DNA from: a virus
Lineage: Duplodnaviria > Caudoviricetes
Length of the DNA: 60,228 bases
Reading direction: 5' to 3' (one strand)
IMG/VR virus record: IMGVR_UViG_3300017971_000310
Span: 1 to 60,228 of that record
In this document: piece after piece, positions 45,608 through 55,736 of the stretch
Numbering within the stretch: the first letter of the stretch is position 1
Layout of the letters: each line of letters opens with the position of its first letter
Position numbers and translations under genes: made by a program
Notes under the pieces: model-generated
Seen by the model: only the letters and a program-made list of their open reading frames with translations
Database searches by the model: none
What the model was told of the DNA's origin: nothing

Positions 45608-46018
45608 TTACTCCTTTCTAATTAGTTGGATTGCCATTGTCACTATACCTGGCGGAATCTTCGTACTAAAGACGGCATGTTGGCTAGAGTCTACTAGGTA
45701 AATCGCCGGCTCTAACGTTATCCCATATGGTCCAAAATCCGTCCTATCCACGATAATCTTTTGTGCTATATTCTGGGCCTCCTTTCTCCAATGGGCGGGT
45801 TCTATTATTTGATGTTCAACTAGACAATCAAACCCATCCAATGCCGCCAGAAACCTTAAAATGAATGGAACCACACCTCCATAGGTGAATTGCGGGACTT
45901 TACCATGTGTAATACGCTTTAGCCGTTTATACCATGTGTAAGAGTTACTAGGATATGTAAACAGGCTGTACTCATGCCATAGATAATGTGTATAGGCAAG
46001 CCATACGCATTCGGTCAT
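45608..46018 (-). CDS. hypothetical protein
   Basis: 136-aa ORF coupled to neighbours. Confidence 0.6.
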   Translation of the reverse strand: MTECVWLAYTHYLWHEYSLFTYPSNSYTWYKRLKRITHGKVPQFTYGGVVPFILRFLAALDGFDCLVEHQIIEPAHWRKEAQNIAQKIIVDRTDFGPYGITLEPAIYLVDSSQHAVFSTKIPPGIVTMAIQLIRKE

Positions 46019-46758
46019 TCTTCTGTTACCTTACACGCGGCCAGAATGTACTCGTGGGCCTTACGTACCAGGGCGGTGTCGCTGCCGGTTAATTCGGCCA
46101 CCACTTGTTCCTCCCCATTTTCATATGCTACGATATATGAGCTTATTCTGGCTAGTCTGAACTTATCTGGCCTTGGTGGGGGCAATTGCGATCTACCCTG
46201 TATAGTAGCAGACAATACGTGGACCGAGACCTCTGGGTTAAATAGCTGTCCCAGGGCTATTGGATTACTCTCTAATCTACCATCCTTAGCCGCGCCCTTC
46301 GCCACGAGCAATTTACTGGCAGATTGCTCTAAAAGAAGTTCCCTAGTATCTGCTACCGTACCAGTGGGATTGCCTGTCCTATCGTATAATTCTACTTGTT
46401 CTGGTATGCCTTCCGGCAACTCTCCCAATAGGAAAGTCCTGCCCACATCTACCATATTATCTATCGTACTACGCTGATAGCCCCCAGTTTTATCACTGGC
46501 ATATGTATAGAAACTGTAGCTCCACGTGTCCACTATATCTAATGGGAATTGGTCCCAGTACAAATTGGCATAAGCTAATTGGGCACAAAGCCGTAGATTC
46601 TGTTCCTCCCGTTCCTTGACGCTTTTACTTATTTCGGTATCTAGAACATGGAAAAGAGCAACAGGGTCTTGTATGCTGCCCTCTACGGTATCCCGTAACG
46701 ATACTATATAGTTGCCAGAATAAAGAACCAGGCTAGAAATCGTCTGTTCCGTTGTCAT
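46015..46758 (-). CDS. hypothetical protein
   Basis: 247-aa ORF with SD, coupled to neighbours. Confidence 0.7.
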   Translation of the reverse strand: MTTEQTISSLVLYSGNYIVSLRDTVEGSIQDPVALFHVLDTEISKSVKEREEQNLRLCAQLAYANLYWDQFPLDIVDTWSYSFYTYASDKTGGYQRSTIDNMVDVGRTFLLGELPEGIPEQVELYDRTGNPTGTVADTRELLLEQSASKLLVAKGAAKDGRLESNPIALGQLFNPEVSVHVLSATIQGRSQLPPPRPDKFRLARISSYIVAYENGEEQVVAELTGSDTALVRKAHEYILAACKVTEE

Positions 46759-47923
46759 CTTCCTCCTTGACCACAGGATGCTCCCATTGGTCTAGTATCT
46801 CTTTGCTTGGAGCTAGTGGTGTTTGCACAACTGCCCATGCTGTTAATTGATCTTTAGCCTGTATTAATGCTGGGCTACCTGGCCCCCACAAAGTCATTCT
46901 TATTCCAGGCAGGGGCGACGCTTCCAACGCCTGTCTTAATAGGGATGGGTCCATGTATATAATTGAATCTGGTCCCTCTACCTGGCAATACTCGATTAAA
47001 TCGTCCATTCCTCCCGCTGTAGTCTGCATCTTAAGCCATAGACGGCTATCTTTTACTTCCAACGTTAATGCCTTAGATTCTTGGGCCTCTATGGCTAGGT
47101 CACCATATGTACAGGCTAGTTCCAATGGCTTCAACAGAACCTCATTATCGAAAGTTAGCACCGTACCATCGGGCTTTTCTAACAGGGAATCGATGGCCTT
47201 ATACGCTACAGTGGGGTATTCACCGGATATACGGTTAATCCAGACAGTAGCGGCATCCGTCTCAAGTTTGAACCAGCCCGCTTCTCCATATGTAAGAACA
47301 ACCTCATCGACATCCGTTATATAGGTCAAACTACGTAGACATTCCCAGACCTGTGGACTTAACACAGCTCCCAATGGTATATCATGTTCCAATAAGGCTC
47401 CAGCTATACGTAACCCATCCCCGGCCAATATACGGTCGGCATCTGCATCTAAACACAACCCCTGTAGAATGGGTCTATCACGTGTTTCAGACTTTGCGAA
47501 TCCCACTCTATCTATAATGCCTAGAAACTGAGATAAGGGGACTGTGAATTTTGTAGTGTCCTGTACCATTGGGTCTGGTGGGAAATCGTCTGGATTGGCT
47601 GTAGATACCCAACGTTCTGTATCCCCCTGATTGATTAATAGCTTGTTTCTCTTCTTTGTTATAGCTATATCCCCACCTGGTTCCAGCGTCCCCAGAATCG
47701 TAGCTAATAGGTTGGGGTCAATTAACACAGATAACTGAGAACCAATGTTAGCCCCAGCTTCCGTCTCCGTCCTAATGATACCGTCCATCCCACGCATACG
47801 TAGCGTGAATTCTGTAGTCTCTAGCCACATCAGCCTATAGATCGGATTTAGCGACCTTACACCCACAAAGTTCCTGACGAACCGGACGTATTTTATAAGC
47901 TCTTGAAGTTCACAGGTTATCAT
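46733..47923 (-). CDS. dnaN: DNA polymerase sliding clamp (beta clamp)
   Basis: PDDFP, FAKSETRDRPILQGLCL, AGDGLRIA, RISGEYP; three-domain length. Confidence 0.85.
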   Translation of the reverse strand: MITCELQELIKYVRFVRNFVGVRSLNPIYRLMWLETTEFTLRMRGMDGIIRTETEAGANIGSQLSVLIDPNLLATILGTLEPGGDIAITKKRNKLLINQGDTERWVSTANPDDFPPDPMVQDTTKFTVPLSQFLGIIDRVGFAKSETRDRPILQGLCLDADADRILAGDGLRIAGALLEHDIPLGAVLSPQVWECLRSLTYITDVDEVVLTYGEAGWFKLETDAATVWINRISGEYPTVAYKAIDSLLEKPDGTVLTFDNEVLLKPLELACTYGDLAIEAQESKALTLEVKDSRLWLKMQTTAGGMDDLIEYCQVEGPDSIIYMDPSLLRQALEASPLPGIRMTLWGPGSPALIQAKDQLTAWAVVQTPLAPSKEILDQWEHPVVKEEDDNGTDDF

Positions 47924-49611
47924 TTAGCCCAACACTCCTCTATAGCAACATCTACTGGGGTGGGTACACAGTTAACATAATACTGCCCGGCCCGTTCCAT
48001 TTCTCGTACAATAATTGGAACAACTTCTTCTTCTTGCCCCTTCCTAACACGTACCACAAGTTCGTCGTGTACAGTTAAAACTATATCGGCGTCATATTTA
48101 CGTAAAGCGGTATCTACATATAGTATGGCCCGTTTCATCATATCTGCCGCCGTGCCCTGGATTGGGCTATTCCTAGCAGAGTTCTGCCACGTGAACGAGT
48201 TTGGGTCTACGTCTAGAAACCAACGTATCCGACCGCCCAGTGTCTTAACGTAACCTTCCTCTTGAGCCATTTGAATTTGATGTTTAGACCACGCCTCTGC
48301 TGTCGAGAATAGTGTGCGATAGGTCTTAACTACTCTACGGGCCTCTCGACTGCTAATACCTGCCCCATTGGCTATAGTCTCTGCCCCAGCTCCATAAGAC
48401 ATACCCAACCCAAGCCCTTTGGCTACTCTACGCCTGGGGTCACTCTTTGTTATAGTCTTATCGTTATATACTAGCCGGGCTATCTCACAGTGTACGTCCA
48501 ATTCCCGGCATACCCGCTGTAGATTTTTGTCCCCAGATGCCTGTGCAGTTATGCGGTGTTCCTGTTGAGCAAAATCCACTGTTACATATAGATACTCTGG
48601 TTCCCTGAATGGGGCACGGTATTCTTTTGATGCCGGTACGTTCTGTAGATTTGGATCACTAGAAGAAAACCGGCCAGACCTAGGACCAACCTGATTGTAC
48701 TGGGTATGTATACGTCCAGTCATAGGATTAATATATGATGGGTAGTTAAATCCTATCCGTTTGGTAGCCTTCCTATAATCTATTAGATGCCTTAGAACGG
48801 TAGCACTGGGATGGGTTCTTAGATACTCTAACAGGGTATCTTCTTGTGTATCTTCTACCCTAATACCTAATTCATATAATGCTTCGGTGACCTGTTTATT
48901 GGAGCCTATATTTATGCCAGAACAATTATCGCTGAACAGGTCCATCGTATAATTGTGACAGGGTAACAGGCGAAGGGCCTTCTGCTCGGCTTCCTTAGCG
49001 ATATAAGATTCCTTTCTTACAAGGTCCCCCCATAAGGCTGTATTAAACCCAACCCCTAGATACTCCATAGCAGCTACAGCAGGAACCAGGGCGTTTTCCA
49101 ACTCTACTGTTTCCATAAGGCCCAATTTCTTACAATCCCGTTCCTGGGCCTGTTGTAGCTTATGTAAATGTAGGACGTCATTCTTGGAATATTCTAGTTG
49201 GGCGTCCGTGAACGCGCCGATATGATCCTTGAAGGACTTACCCAAGTCCTTTTTGTCTATCAATATGTTACATCGCCGCCATAGTGTACTCTGTAAGTCC
49301 CTGCGAACAAGCTGACCGGCCGTAAGTACACGTTCTATCAGTAGAGTATCCCATAGCCTAGGATAACCAGTGTAGCCCAATGACCACAGAAACCGTAAGT
49401 CAAACTCGGCGTTGTGGGCTATCATTACGTGGTCTGGCTCGTTTAGCCACGCCCATAATTGAGGCAGCCAATCCCCTGGTTCCAATACCTCAACATCTTG
49501 CCCATTACAGATAGATATTAGATGGACCGTATCCCTATGCGGGTCTGGACTGTTTCCATACCAGGAAGATGTCTCTAAATCTATCGCCAATGTGGATGTA
49601 AACTGTATCAT
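47920..49611 (-). CDS. polA: family A DNA polymerase with 3'-5' exonuclease
   Basis: DLET, HNAEFD, YSKND; SGRFSSSDPNLQNVP, DFAQQEHR, R..AK.....YG, NSPIQGTAAD, VHDE. Confidence 0.95.
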   Translation of the reverse strand: MIQFTSTLAIDLETSSWYGNSPDPHRDTVHLISICNGQDVEVLEPGDWLPQLWAWLNEPDHVMIAHNAEFDLRFLWSLGYTGYPRLWDTLLIERVLTAGQLVRRDLQSTLWRRCNILIDKKDLGKSFKDHIGAFTDAQLEYSKNDVLHLHKLQQAQERDCKKLGLMETVELENALVPAVAAMEYLGVGFNTALWGDLVRKESYIAKEAEQKALRLLPCHNYTMDLFSDNCSGINIGSNKQVTEALYELGIRVEDTQEDTLLEYLRTHPSATVLRHLIDYRKATKRIGFNYPSYINPMTGRIHTQYNQVGPRSGRFSSSDPNLQNVPASKEYRAPFREPEYLYVTVDFAQQEHRITAQASGDKNLQRVCRELDVHCEIARLVYNDKTITKSDPRRRVAKGLGLGMSYGAGAETIANGAGISSREARRVVKTYRTLFSTAEAWSKHQIQMAQEEGYVKTLGGRIRWFLDVDPNSFTWQNSARNSPIQGTAADMMKRAILYVDTALRKYDADIVLTVHDELVVRVRKGQEEEVVPIIVREMERAGQYYVNCVPTPVDVAIEECWAK

Positions 49612-49937
49612 TAGAACAAGTCTACCGTTCTATCTGTTTCTATATATGGTATATCCCAATACTCATTCATATGCCATATATTCATGATACCTCGACTATA
49701 CGGTATTTCTGCTAATTCCTCTGGAGTCATTCCATAAGTGGACCAATGATCACGAAGCACCTCTTGCACATCAGTCTCAAGATTATCAAAATGGTTGCTT
49801 TGTCTTTCCTCTTTGGCACTTCTAGAAAACGTGACCTTTCCGTAGGGAGTTATGACAGTACCAAACTGCCCCCCAATAAGATGAACGGAACTATCTGCTG
49901 TATCTACATTGACACTCTTCAGAAATTGGTTCCCCAT
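49611..49937 (-). CDS. hypothetical protein
   Basis: 108-aa coupled ORF ending VDLF. Confidence 0.6.
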   Translation of the reverse strand: MGNQFLKSVNVDTADSSVHLIGGQFGTVITPYGKVTFSRSAKEERQSNHFDNLETDVQEVLRDHWSTYGMTPEELAEIPYSRGIMNIWHMNEYWDIPYIETDRTVDLF

Positions 49938-51352
49938 AGATCATCTAATTTATCGTATAACGCTGACATTCCAAATCCAGACATAGATGGGTCGGCAAAC
50001 CGCACAATCCCAGGCGTCCACTCTAACGGAAAATAACCAGTCGGGCCGTGCTTATTCTTGTGTACAAATACGTAAGCCTGATTCAAATTAGGTATGATGT
50101 CTGGCTTACGAAAGGTCATACCCTGTGCCTTCATATAGACTGGATTCCATAATTCTAATTGAAGTTCTGCGGCAGCCCAGCCCCCAACTCTAGAGTAACG
50201 TGTTCCCCCTGGTCCGGCTAACATGGTGTCCTGGTCCAATCCAGACGGTTGAGATAACACTATTACAGCCCCGTCTATTTTACGGCTCAGTCTTTGGCCC
50301 TGGCGGAATATATTTGATATACGTAACTCCTCCGACCCCTTGTCTGGATCAGGGACCAACTCTACATAGTCTACCCCCACTACGTGAACCTGGCCGTGTT
50401 CTGCTGCTAATGCCAACGTCTGTGTTACGATTTGCGTAGAGGTCATATCCCCTACGTCGTCGTACAGTATTGGCAAGGTTTCGATAAACTCCCTGGCCTC
50501 ATTCAAGTTATGGTAGTCTTCTGTAGACGAATCTCCTAATTGACTGGATTTTAGGTTAACCCCAGATAGACAAGAGGCCATTCGAGCGATATAACGTTTG
50601 CCCTTCATCTCATAGGTGTTAATAACACAGACTCCAGGAAGGTTATAGTATTTTAACTGTATAGCCGCCCCTAGAATAAATTGAGCTAATAGCTGCGATT
50701 TACCAGAACTAGGAATACCCAACAGAGTAACGAGCGACGACCTTGGCAATAGGTTATATTTACGTGTAGCGTGCCACCCAATGGGCAGCCAGGATACCGC
50801 CGCCCCTCCTGCCTCTGAGTCTAGTTCTCGTTTGAACTCGGCCCCAGCCACAGATATATGCTGGTAGGATGTTAGTGCCTTGCTTGTGTCTCCTATATCT
50901 TCCATTACGTCTGCGAAGAACCCATCAACATCCCCTATACGGGGCAGGGCTTTATCTATGTCATCTAATTGGTCTTGATATTTAGATAGTACATGGCTGA
51001 GCCTACGTAACCGCCCCGCACCATCTACCACTGTAGCCCATTCAGAAAGTCCATCTATGTTATGTATACCTAATGACGGCAAGGTATTCGCCAGTTCGGC
51101 TAGATACGCCTCCCCTCCCACCAACTCTAGGTCTCGGGCCAGCCGTTTGCCCACTGTACCCACATCTATGGGCTGTTGGTCTTGATACAATGCTACCATA
51201 GCCCTATAAATTAGAGAGTGGGCTGAGGCCTCTACGTCACCTGGGCCAAACCAGAAGGACGTATCCGGGACCTCTGGGGCCAACCTATATATGGCAGCCT
51301 TTTCACGTAAACAGGCAGACAACAGTAACCTTTCGTATGTGGCGATATTCAT
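49919..51352 (-). CDS. dnaB: DnaB-like replicative helicase
   Basis: N-domain H.LIY.AM..L....PID, GGEAYL; Walker A GIPSSGKS, YEM, VDY, VLSQ, KNKHGPTG. Confidence 0.85.
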   Translation of the reverse strand: MNIATYERLLLSACLREKAAIYRLAPEVPDTSFWFGPGDVEASAHSLIYRAMVALYQDQQPIDVGTVGKRLARDLELVGGEAYLAELANTLPSLGIHNIDGLSEWATVVDGAGRLRRLSHVLSKYQDQLDDIDKALPRIGDVDGFFADVMEDIGDTSKALTSYQHISVAGAEFKRELDSEAGGAAVSWLPIGWHATRKYNLLPRSSLVTLLGIPSSGKSQLLAQFILGAAIQLKYYNLPGVCVINTYEMKGKRYIARMASCLSGVNLKSSQLGDSSTEDYHNLNEAREFIETLPILYDDVGDMTSTQIVTQTLALAAEHGQVHVVGVDYVELVPDPDKGSEELRISNIFRQGQRLSRKIDGAVIVLSQPSGLDQDTMLAGPGGTRYSRVGGWAAAELQLELWNPVYMKAQGMTFRKPDIIPNLNQAYVFVHKNKHGPTGYFPLEWTPGIVRFADPSMSGFGMSALYDKLDDLWGTNF

Positions 51353-52260
51353 AGGAGCAGTGAGGGCTCAATGTTCAAAATCTCAGTACAGAAATCCTGG
51401 GGCGTATGGTCTCGACGATACTCTGTGTAATCCATCCCATAGTCTCCTGAATAGGTATGTACTGTAGCACGGTTGAGGAATTTAGATGCTATATTATAGG
51501 CAGATCTTTCTTCCCCCTTATCTGGTACGACCCAAATCCGCTTAATATGGGCCATAGCCAATGTCCATTCTCGTTTCCAGACACCTTGACCTGCTGTGCC
51601 ACTTACCACTGGTAGACCGTCTTGTGTAGCTAGAATGGCGTCAAACTCTCCCATCATTATGATAGCTTTCCAGTCACCAGGCCCTTTGACCTGTGCGTTG
51701 GTCTCTAGAACCCAACTATTAAATAGTTTAGGGTCCGATCTACCGGGCAACCCTGAGTATTTTATATCCCCTGTACTATTTCGGAATTTGACATTATAGG
51801 CTTTTGACACGCCGGGCATACCCTCCCATATAGGGATAACATAATGTGTACCATCCCACCCAAGCCTATAGAAATCAATGTACTTGTCTGTAAGCAGTCG
51901 GCTATAATAATACTTTCGAACGTTAGGGGCCTTGCCACAATCGTACCAGTAATCTAATATCTCATGGTTAATTGGTGGAAGGCTACGTTTCTCCTGCTGT
52001 ATTTCTACAGTCTGTCTGGTTATAAGGCTACGGTCCTGTAGTTTCTGTTTGGCCTGCCCATCCGTAACGCCTTCCTTTTCCGATATGAATTGCACAGCGT
52101 CAAAGAACCGGCCACATCCAAAACAGTAAGCATGATCATCATATACAACTAAGCTCGGAACAGTATCGTTATGAAAAGGACAGACCCCAACGTGCTGACC
52201 TCCCCTACGTTTTAGTGGGATATAATACCCCACTACAGCCACCATATCTACATCCCACAT
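51349..52260 (-). CDS. dnaG: DNA primase (CHC2 zinc finger + TOPRIM)
   Basis: CPFHND..PS..YCFGCG; MGEFDA, PD.GE. Confidence 0.85.
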   Translation of the reverse strand: MWDVDMVAVVGYYIPLKRRGGQHVGVCPFHNDTVPSLVVYDDHAYCFGCGRFFDAVQFISEKEGVTDGQAKQKLQDRSLITRQTVEIQQEKRSLPPINHEILDYWYDCGKAPNVRKYYYSRLLTDKYIDFYRLGWDGTHYVIPIWEGMPGVSKAYNVKFRNSTGDIKYSGLPGRSDPKLFNSWVLETNAQVKGPGDWKAIIMMGEFDAILATQDGLPVVSGTAGQGVWKREWTLAMAHIKRIWVVPDKGEERSAYNIASKFLNRATVHTYSGDYGMDYTEYRRDHTPQDFCTEILNIEPSLLL

Positions 52261-52637
52261 AGTTCTTTGACCTGGTCTACCCTCTCAAGTGCCCGCCATA
52301 ATGTGACAGGACCGTCTACCGTCATAGCTGTATAGTGTACAGTCCTAGCAGCTAAGTCTATACCATACTCCAGTAACTTTTTGGCAGGCTTCAATTCCGA
52401 TGGGTATCCGTGTACCAATTGCCTTGTTTGTCCATTCATTACAAGTTCACCTAGACACAACTCAAAGAATCCCACTAGATACCAGGGCGTCGGTTTATCT
52501 GTTAGCCAAGTGGGGGGCATATAATCGGGAGATAATGGGTTACTATTAACAACTGTAGCTTCCTCCTCTACAGGTTGCCCCCCACTTGGCACTATAAGAG
52601 GCGCGTTACGCGCCAATAAACTACCAGTCTGGCTCAT
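52248..52637 (-). CDS. hypothetical protein
   Basis: 129-aa ORF overlapping neighbours in the replication operon. Confidence 0.6.
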   Translation of the reverse strand: MSQTGSLLARNAPLIVPSGGQPVEEEATVVNSNPLSPDYMPPTWLTDKPTPWYLVGFFELCLGELVMNGQTRQLVHGYPSELKPAKKLLEYGIDLAARTVHYTAMTVDGPVTLWRALERVDQVKELCGM

Positions 52638-53661
52638 TACCTTCTATCAGCTTGGCCAAATCTCCTCTATCCACCGCGTGTAGTAGGGTTACGACTTGAC
52701 CTTCCTCCATAGACGCGAATTCTTTGGGGATACCTAGATTCTTACAGTGCTCGGCCAAGTTTGATTTTGCCCAGGCCTTACCAAGGTCCGCCAGCGGACT
52801 TGCCGAGTTATATGGCGATACGAACGCCATACTTTCACGCCACGGCTTCTTATCCACTCCATCCGCAATGGCTTGATATAGGTGTTCAATAAATCCAAGC
52901 CCCGGTTCTCCTGTTACATCCGATACATCGTCAGCCGATCCGGGCCGTAACGTCATAGTCTCAAGCCGCGCCCAGCCCTTCGGGGTTTCCCCAACCTCCC
53001 CTAGAATGGTTTCGCTCTCGGCCTTAGCCAGGGCGTCCAACCTAGCCGGGAAACTCTCCAATGGTCCGAATGTACCCTTCATTGACTTTGGGGCAATTGC
53101 GTACATAATTTGGACAGTAGACTTAGAAACCCATCCCTCCATAATTGTACCAACAAACGGGTTCCCAGGGGTTGCTACCTGTAGCTGGGCTAAGGCGTAT
53201 TCTCGATCGTTACGTGCTCCCCATGTGGGGGCACCATCTTCATCCTTATGCTGAAGCCCCTTGTACGTCCACAGATAATCACCTGGCGGTAGTGCCATAC
53301 CAGGCACACTCTGGATCCATCCACTGTTACCCACAAAGACATTGACTGTCTTACCCGCGTTGGCAATCTCTTGTTCGGCGATCTTTAGGTTTTGTAGCTT
53401 ATCTGGACCTAATTTGGTAGGATCCCCGCCAAAGGCCTTGACCAGAAGGGCAAGTTCGTGGGGCTGCACGCTACCAGGTGGCCCTTCTGCCTCATCGTAC
53501 ATGGTACGGTATTGTGCTAAAAGAACCGGTCCACTGGGCCACTCCATCGTTTTATAAATGGGGTTCCCTTGTGGGTCCTTGCTAAAGAACTCCAGCCGGT
53601 TGACCGGATAAGTCGCACTCTCAAATGTCTCGTATTTTGCTACAGGTTCAACCTTCGGCAT
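52621..53661 (-). CDS. hypothetical replication protein (possible ssDNA-binding)
   Basis: SD AAGGAG; LPPGDY motif; acidic-aromatic tail EPDW; function inferred from position. Confidence 0.6.
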   Translation of the reverse strand: MPKVEPVAKYETFESATYPVNRLEFFSKDPQGNPIYKTMEWPSGPVLLAQYRTMYDEAEGPPGSVQPHELALLVKAFGGDPTKLGPDKLQNLKIAEQEIANAGKTVNVFVGNSGWIQSVPGMALPPGDYLWTYKGLQHKDEDGAPTWGARNDREYALAQLQVATPGNPFVGTIMEGWVSKSTVQIMYAIAPKSMKGTFGPLESFPARLDALAKAESETILGEVGETPKGWARLETMTLRPGSADDVSDVTGEPGLGFIEHLYQAIADGVDKKPWRESMAFVSPYNSASPLADLGKAWAKSNLAEHCKNLGIPKEFASMEEGQVVTLLHAVDRGDLAKLIEGNEPDW

Positions 53662-53837
53662 TACATACCCTCCTTATCTACCAGCATATCCAATTTCATT
53701 TGTTCCACCATTTCATCGTCCCTATCTATAGCAAGTTCCACCTGTTCCTCCCAAGATAAATTCTCCCTTTCCCAATCTTCCAGATAATTGAGAACAAGCT
53801 GACGCTGCCACTCTTCCTCTGTCATTGTGTCGACCAT
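53661..53837 (-). CDS. small acidic hypothetical protein
   Basis: 58-aa ORF MVDTMTEEEWQRQ..., TAATG-coupled at both ends; below the ORF-track cutoff. Confidence 0.6.
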   Translation of the reverse strand: MVDTMTEEEWQRQLVLNYLEDWERENLSWEEQVELAIDRDDEMVEQMKLDMLVDKEGM

Positions 53838-54166
53838 TATGTTCCTCCCAACAGTTTAATAGATACGCTAGGATCAGATACCTTATACGATACGTCTCTA
53901 ATATTATAATGATCACAGACGGCCTTATAATCCATCGTGATCTTTTGAAAGGCCGTTAACTCATCAAATGGTATAGCAGCGTCAATGACAGCTTGCTCAT
54001 AATTATATGTTTTACGACCAGACCTATAGCTAACCCGCACGTTTCCAACAGTTTGTGTCTGCCCGAGCTCAAGAACGCTAGCTTTGATCTCCTCCTCAAG
54101 AACGTCTAAATCGCGTTTCTTTTTCTCCCATTCTAGCAGTTTCTGTGCCAGCTCGCTAGCGTCCAT
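53837..54166 (-). CDS. hypothetical protein
   Basis: 109 aa, N-terminal coiled coil, coupled. Confidence 0.7.
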   Translation of the reverse strand: MDASELAQKLLEWEKKKRDLDVLEEEIKASVLELGQTQTVGNVRVSYRSGRKTYNYEQAVIDAAIPFDELTAFQKITMDYKAVCDHYNIRDVSYKVSDPSVSIKLLGGT

Positions 54167-54423
54167 TAGAAGCTATCCTCCCGTTTAACGAAATTCTGCG
54201 GAGCCTCCCTGGCGAAAGCGTTGCACGTAGGCATCAACGCCTCAAACATATCTACCAGTGCTTGTCCAAATGTTTCCTCAGACATGGGGCTTTCCCCAGG
54301 AAACTCTACTATTAGATCGCCCTCTTCCTTGGGAGCCATATCTACTCCCAGGCTCATTGTACTACCCGATTTGGGATCTTTTACTGTTAACCAGATATTG
54401 TACTTATCGACTTGAACTTGCAT
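54166..54423 (-). CDS. hypothetical protein
   Basis: 85 aa, SD GAGGAGG. Confidence 0.65.
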   Translation of the reverse strand: MQVQVDKYNIWLTVKDPKSGSTMSLGVDMAPKEEGDLIVEFPGESPMSEETFGQALVDMFEALMPTCNAFAREAPQNFVKREDSF

Positions 54424-54604
54424 CTTCCTCCTCTATAGCCCCACATAGTTCGGTATAGTGCATATCTATGTATTGGTCCAGCATATCTAAATCAAATCTA
54501 GAGTCGTAGACCCACCTGAGGACCTCATAATCGCGCTGGTCGGTTAGTCCCGCTTCTACATTAACCAATAACCTTGCCAAGTCCGTATAATCAAAGTTAT
54601 CCAT
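54404..54604 (-). CDS. hypothetical protein
   Basis: 66 aa, fills the gap in the operon. Confidence 0.6.
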   Translation of the reverse strand: MDNFDYTDLARLLVNVEAGLTDQRDYEVLRWVYDSRFDLDMLDQYIDMHYTELCGAIEEEDASSSR

Positions 54605-54605
54605 T

Positions 54606-55292
54606 CTACTTTTTGAACACCATTATATGCTCGTGTTTGAACACAGCCGTTCCGTTTCTTTGATGTCTATACCTCCATAGATTTGCTGTATTGTCTTGGG
54701 AATTACCCTGGATGTCTTTCACATAGTCTACCTTCAATTTATAGTTGAGCCTGTGTATCTCTTCCCAGCAATAATATGGTAGAGGCACAAGACATCCCTG
54801 TACATATATGTTCCCCATTATCAGGGCTAGATACCCGTTCTTCATTAAGGCCGTATTTAAATTCCTTACAACAGTCCCGAACCCAAATAAGAAATCTCCA
54901 ATGGCATCATAATTGCTAAGACATCTAGGGTTATCAGAGAATTTGATTATATCGTGATAGGGAGGGTGCAGTATAATTAGATCCATTAACTGCGCCGGTC
55001 TATAATTTCTAGCATCCCCCTGCCGTATATCTGGCCGGATAGGAACTAAGTCCGACATATATACTGTGAGGTCGAAATCTTGTAATGCGTCCCCAGTCGT
55101 ACCAGATCCAGCCATTGGGTCCCAGACGGTATCCCCTGGATTTGTATAGCGGGCAGCAAGATACTGAGGTATCTGTGGAATAAAGGCCCCGTGAAAACCG
55201 GGGTCCCCGCCCTCACCACGCCTAGGGAATAGCCATAGGTCATCGTAGATTTGTGGACCATACTTTTCTACAACTTCTTTGTAATCCCTCAT
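54606..55292 (-). CDS. amino-(N4C/N6A) DNA methyltransferase
   Basis: VWDPMAGSGTT (motif I) and IILHPPY (motif IV variant), KHE. Confidence 0.85.
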   Translation of the reverse strand: MRDYKEVVEKYGPQIYDDLWLFPRRGEGGDPGFHGAFIPQIPQYLAARYTNPGDTVWDPMAGSGTTGDALQDFDLTVYMSDLVPIRPDIRQGDARNYRPAQLMDLIILHPPYHDIIKFSDNPRCLSNYDAIGDFLFGFGTVVRNLNTALMKNGYLALIMGNIYVQGCLVPLPYYCWEEIHRLNYKLKVDYVKDIQGNSQDNTANLWRYRHQRNGTAVFKHEHIMVFKK

Positions 55293-55510
55293 TGGCCGGC
55301 CTTTATCTTAACCGCTTCCAAATGAATACACCACTGCCTATGCCGATAGCCCTTACATTCACACCGTCCACCTATACCATGCCAATGTACAGTATAGGAG
55401 TCATCCTCTTTAGACAGGCTGGGGACATCAAATACCCCTGGTTCAATCTCCTCTATTTGAGGGAGCAATAGCATTAACTTTTCTTGTCTAGTCAACCGTC
55501 TCAGATTCAT
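55289..55510 (-). CDS. SWIM zinc-finger protein
   Basis: SYTV..CECKGY....WCIHL. Confidence 0.8.
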   Translation of the reverse strand: MNLRRLTRQEKLMLLLPQIEEIEPGVFDVPSLSKEDDSYTVHWHGIGGRCECKGYRHRQWCIHLEAVKIKAGQ

Positions 55511-55736
55511 CTTCGTATAAAAAGAAGTGCCCGTTGGGCAATATATCTGTTGCCACTGTTAGCCCCAAAAAGTCCTCCGACCGTATGGCTAAATGGGTAG
55601 GCGGTCTGCCATGTTTCTGCTTATACCTGGCAACGGCTTTACGTAGAGGGCGATCGAATGGTGTAGGCCCCTCATCGTCCGGAGGGCGACCTGGCTCCCT
55701 GGCTAACATTTCCTCCCAGGCAAATAACTCTTTCAT
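55488..55736 (-). CDS. hypothetical protein
   Basis: MKELFAWEEM... ATG overlaps the upstream stop; RYKQKHGRPPT. Confidence 0.6.
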   Translation of the reverse strand: MKELFAWEEMLAREPGRPPDDEGPTPFDRPLRKAVARYKQKHGRPPTHLAIRSEDFLGLTVATDILPNGHFFLYEDESETVD

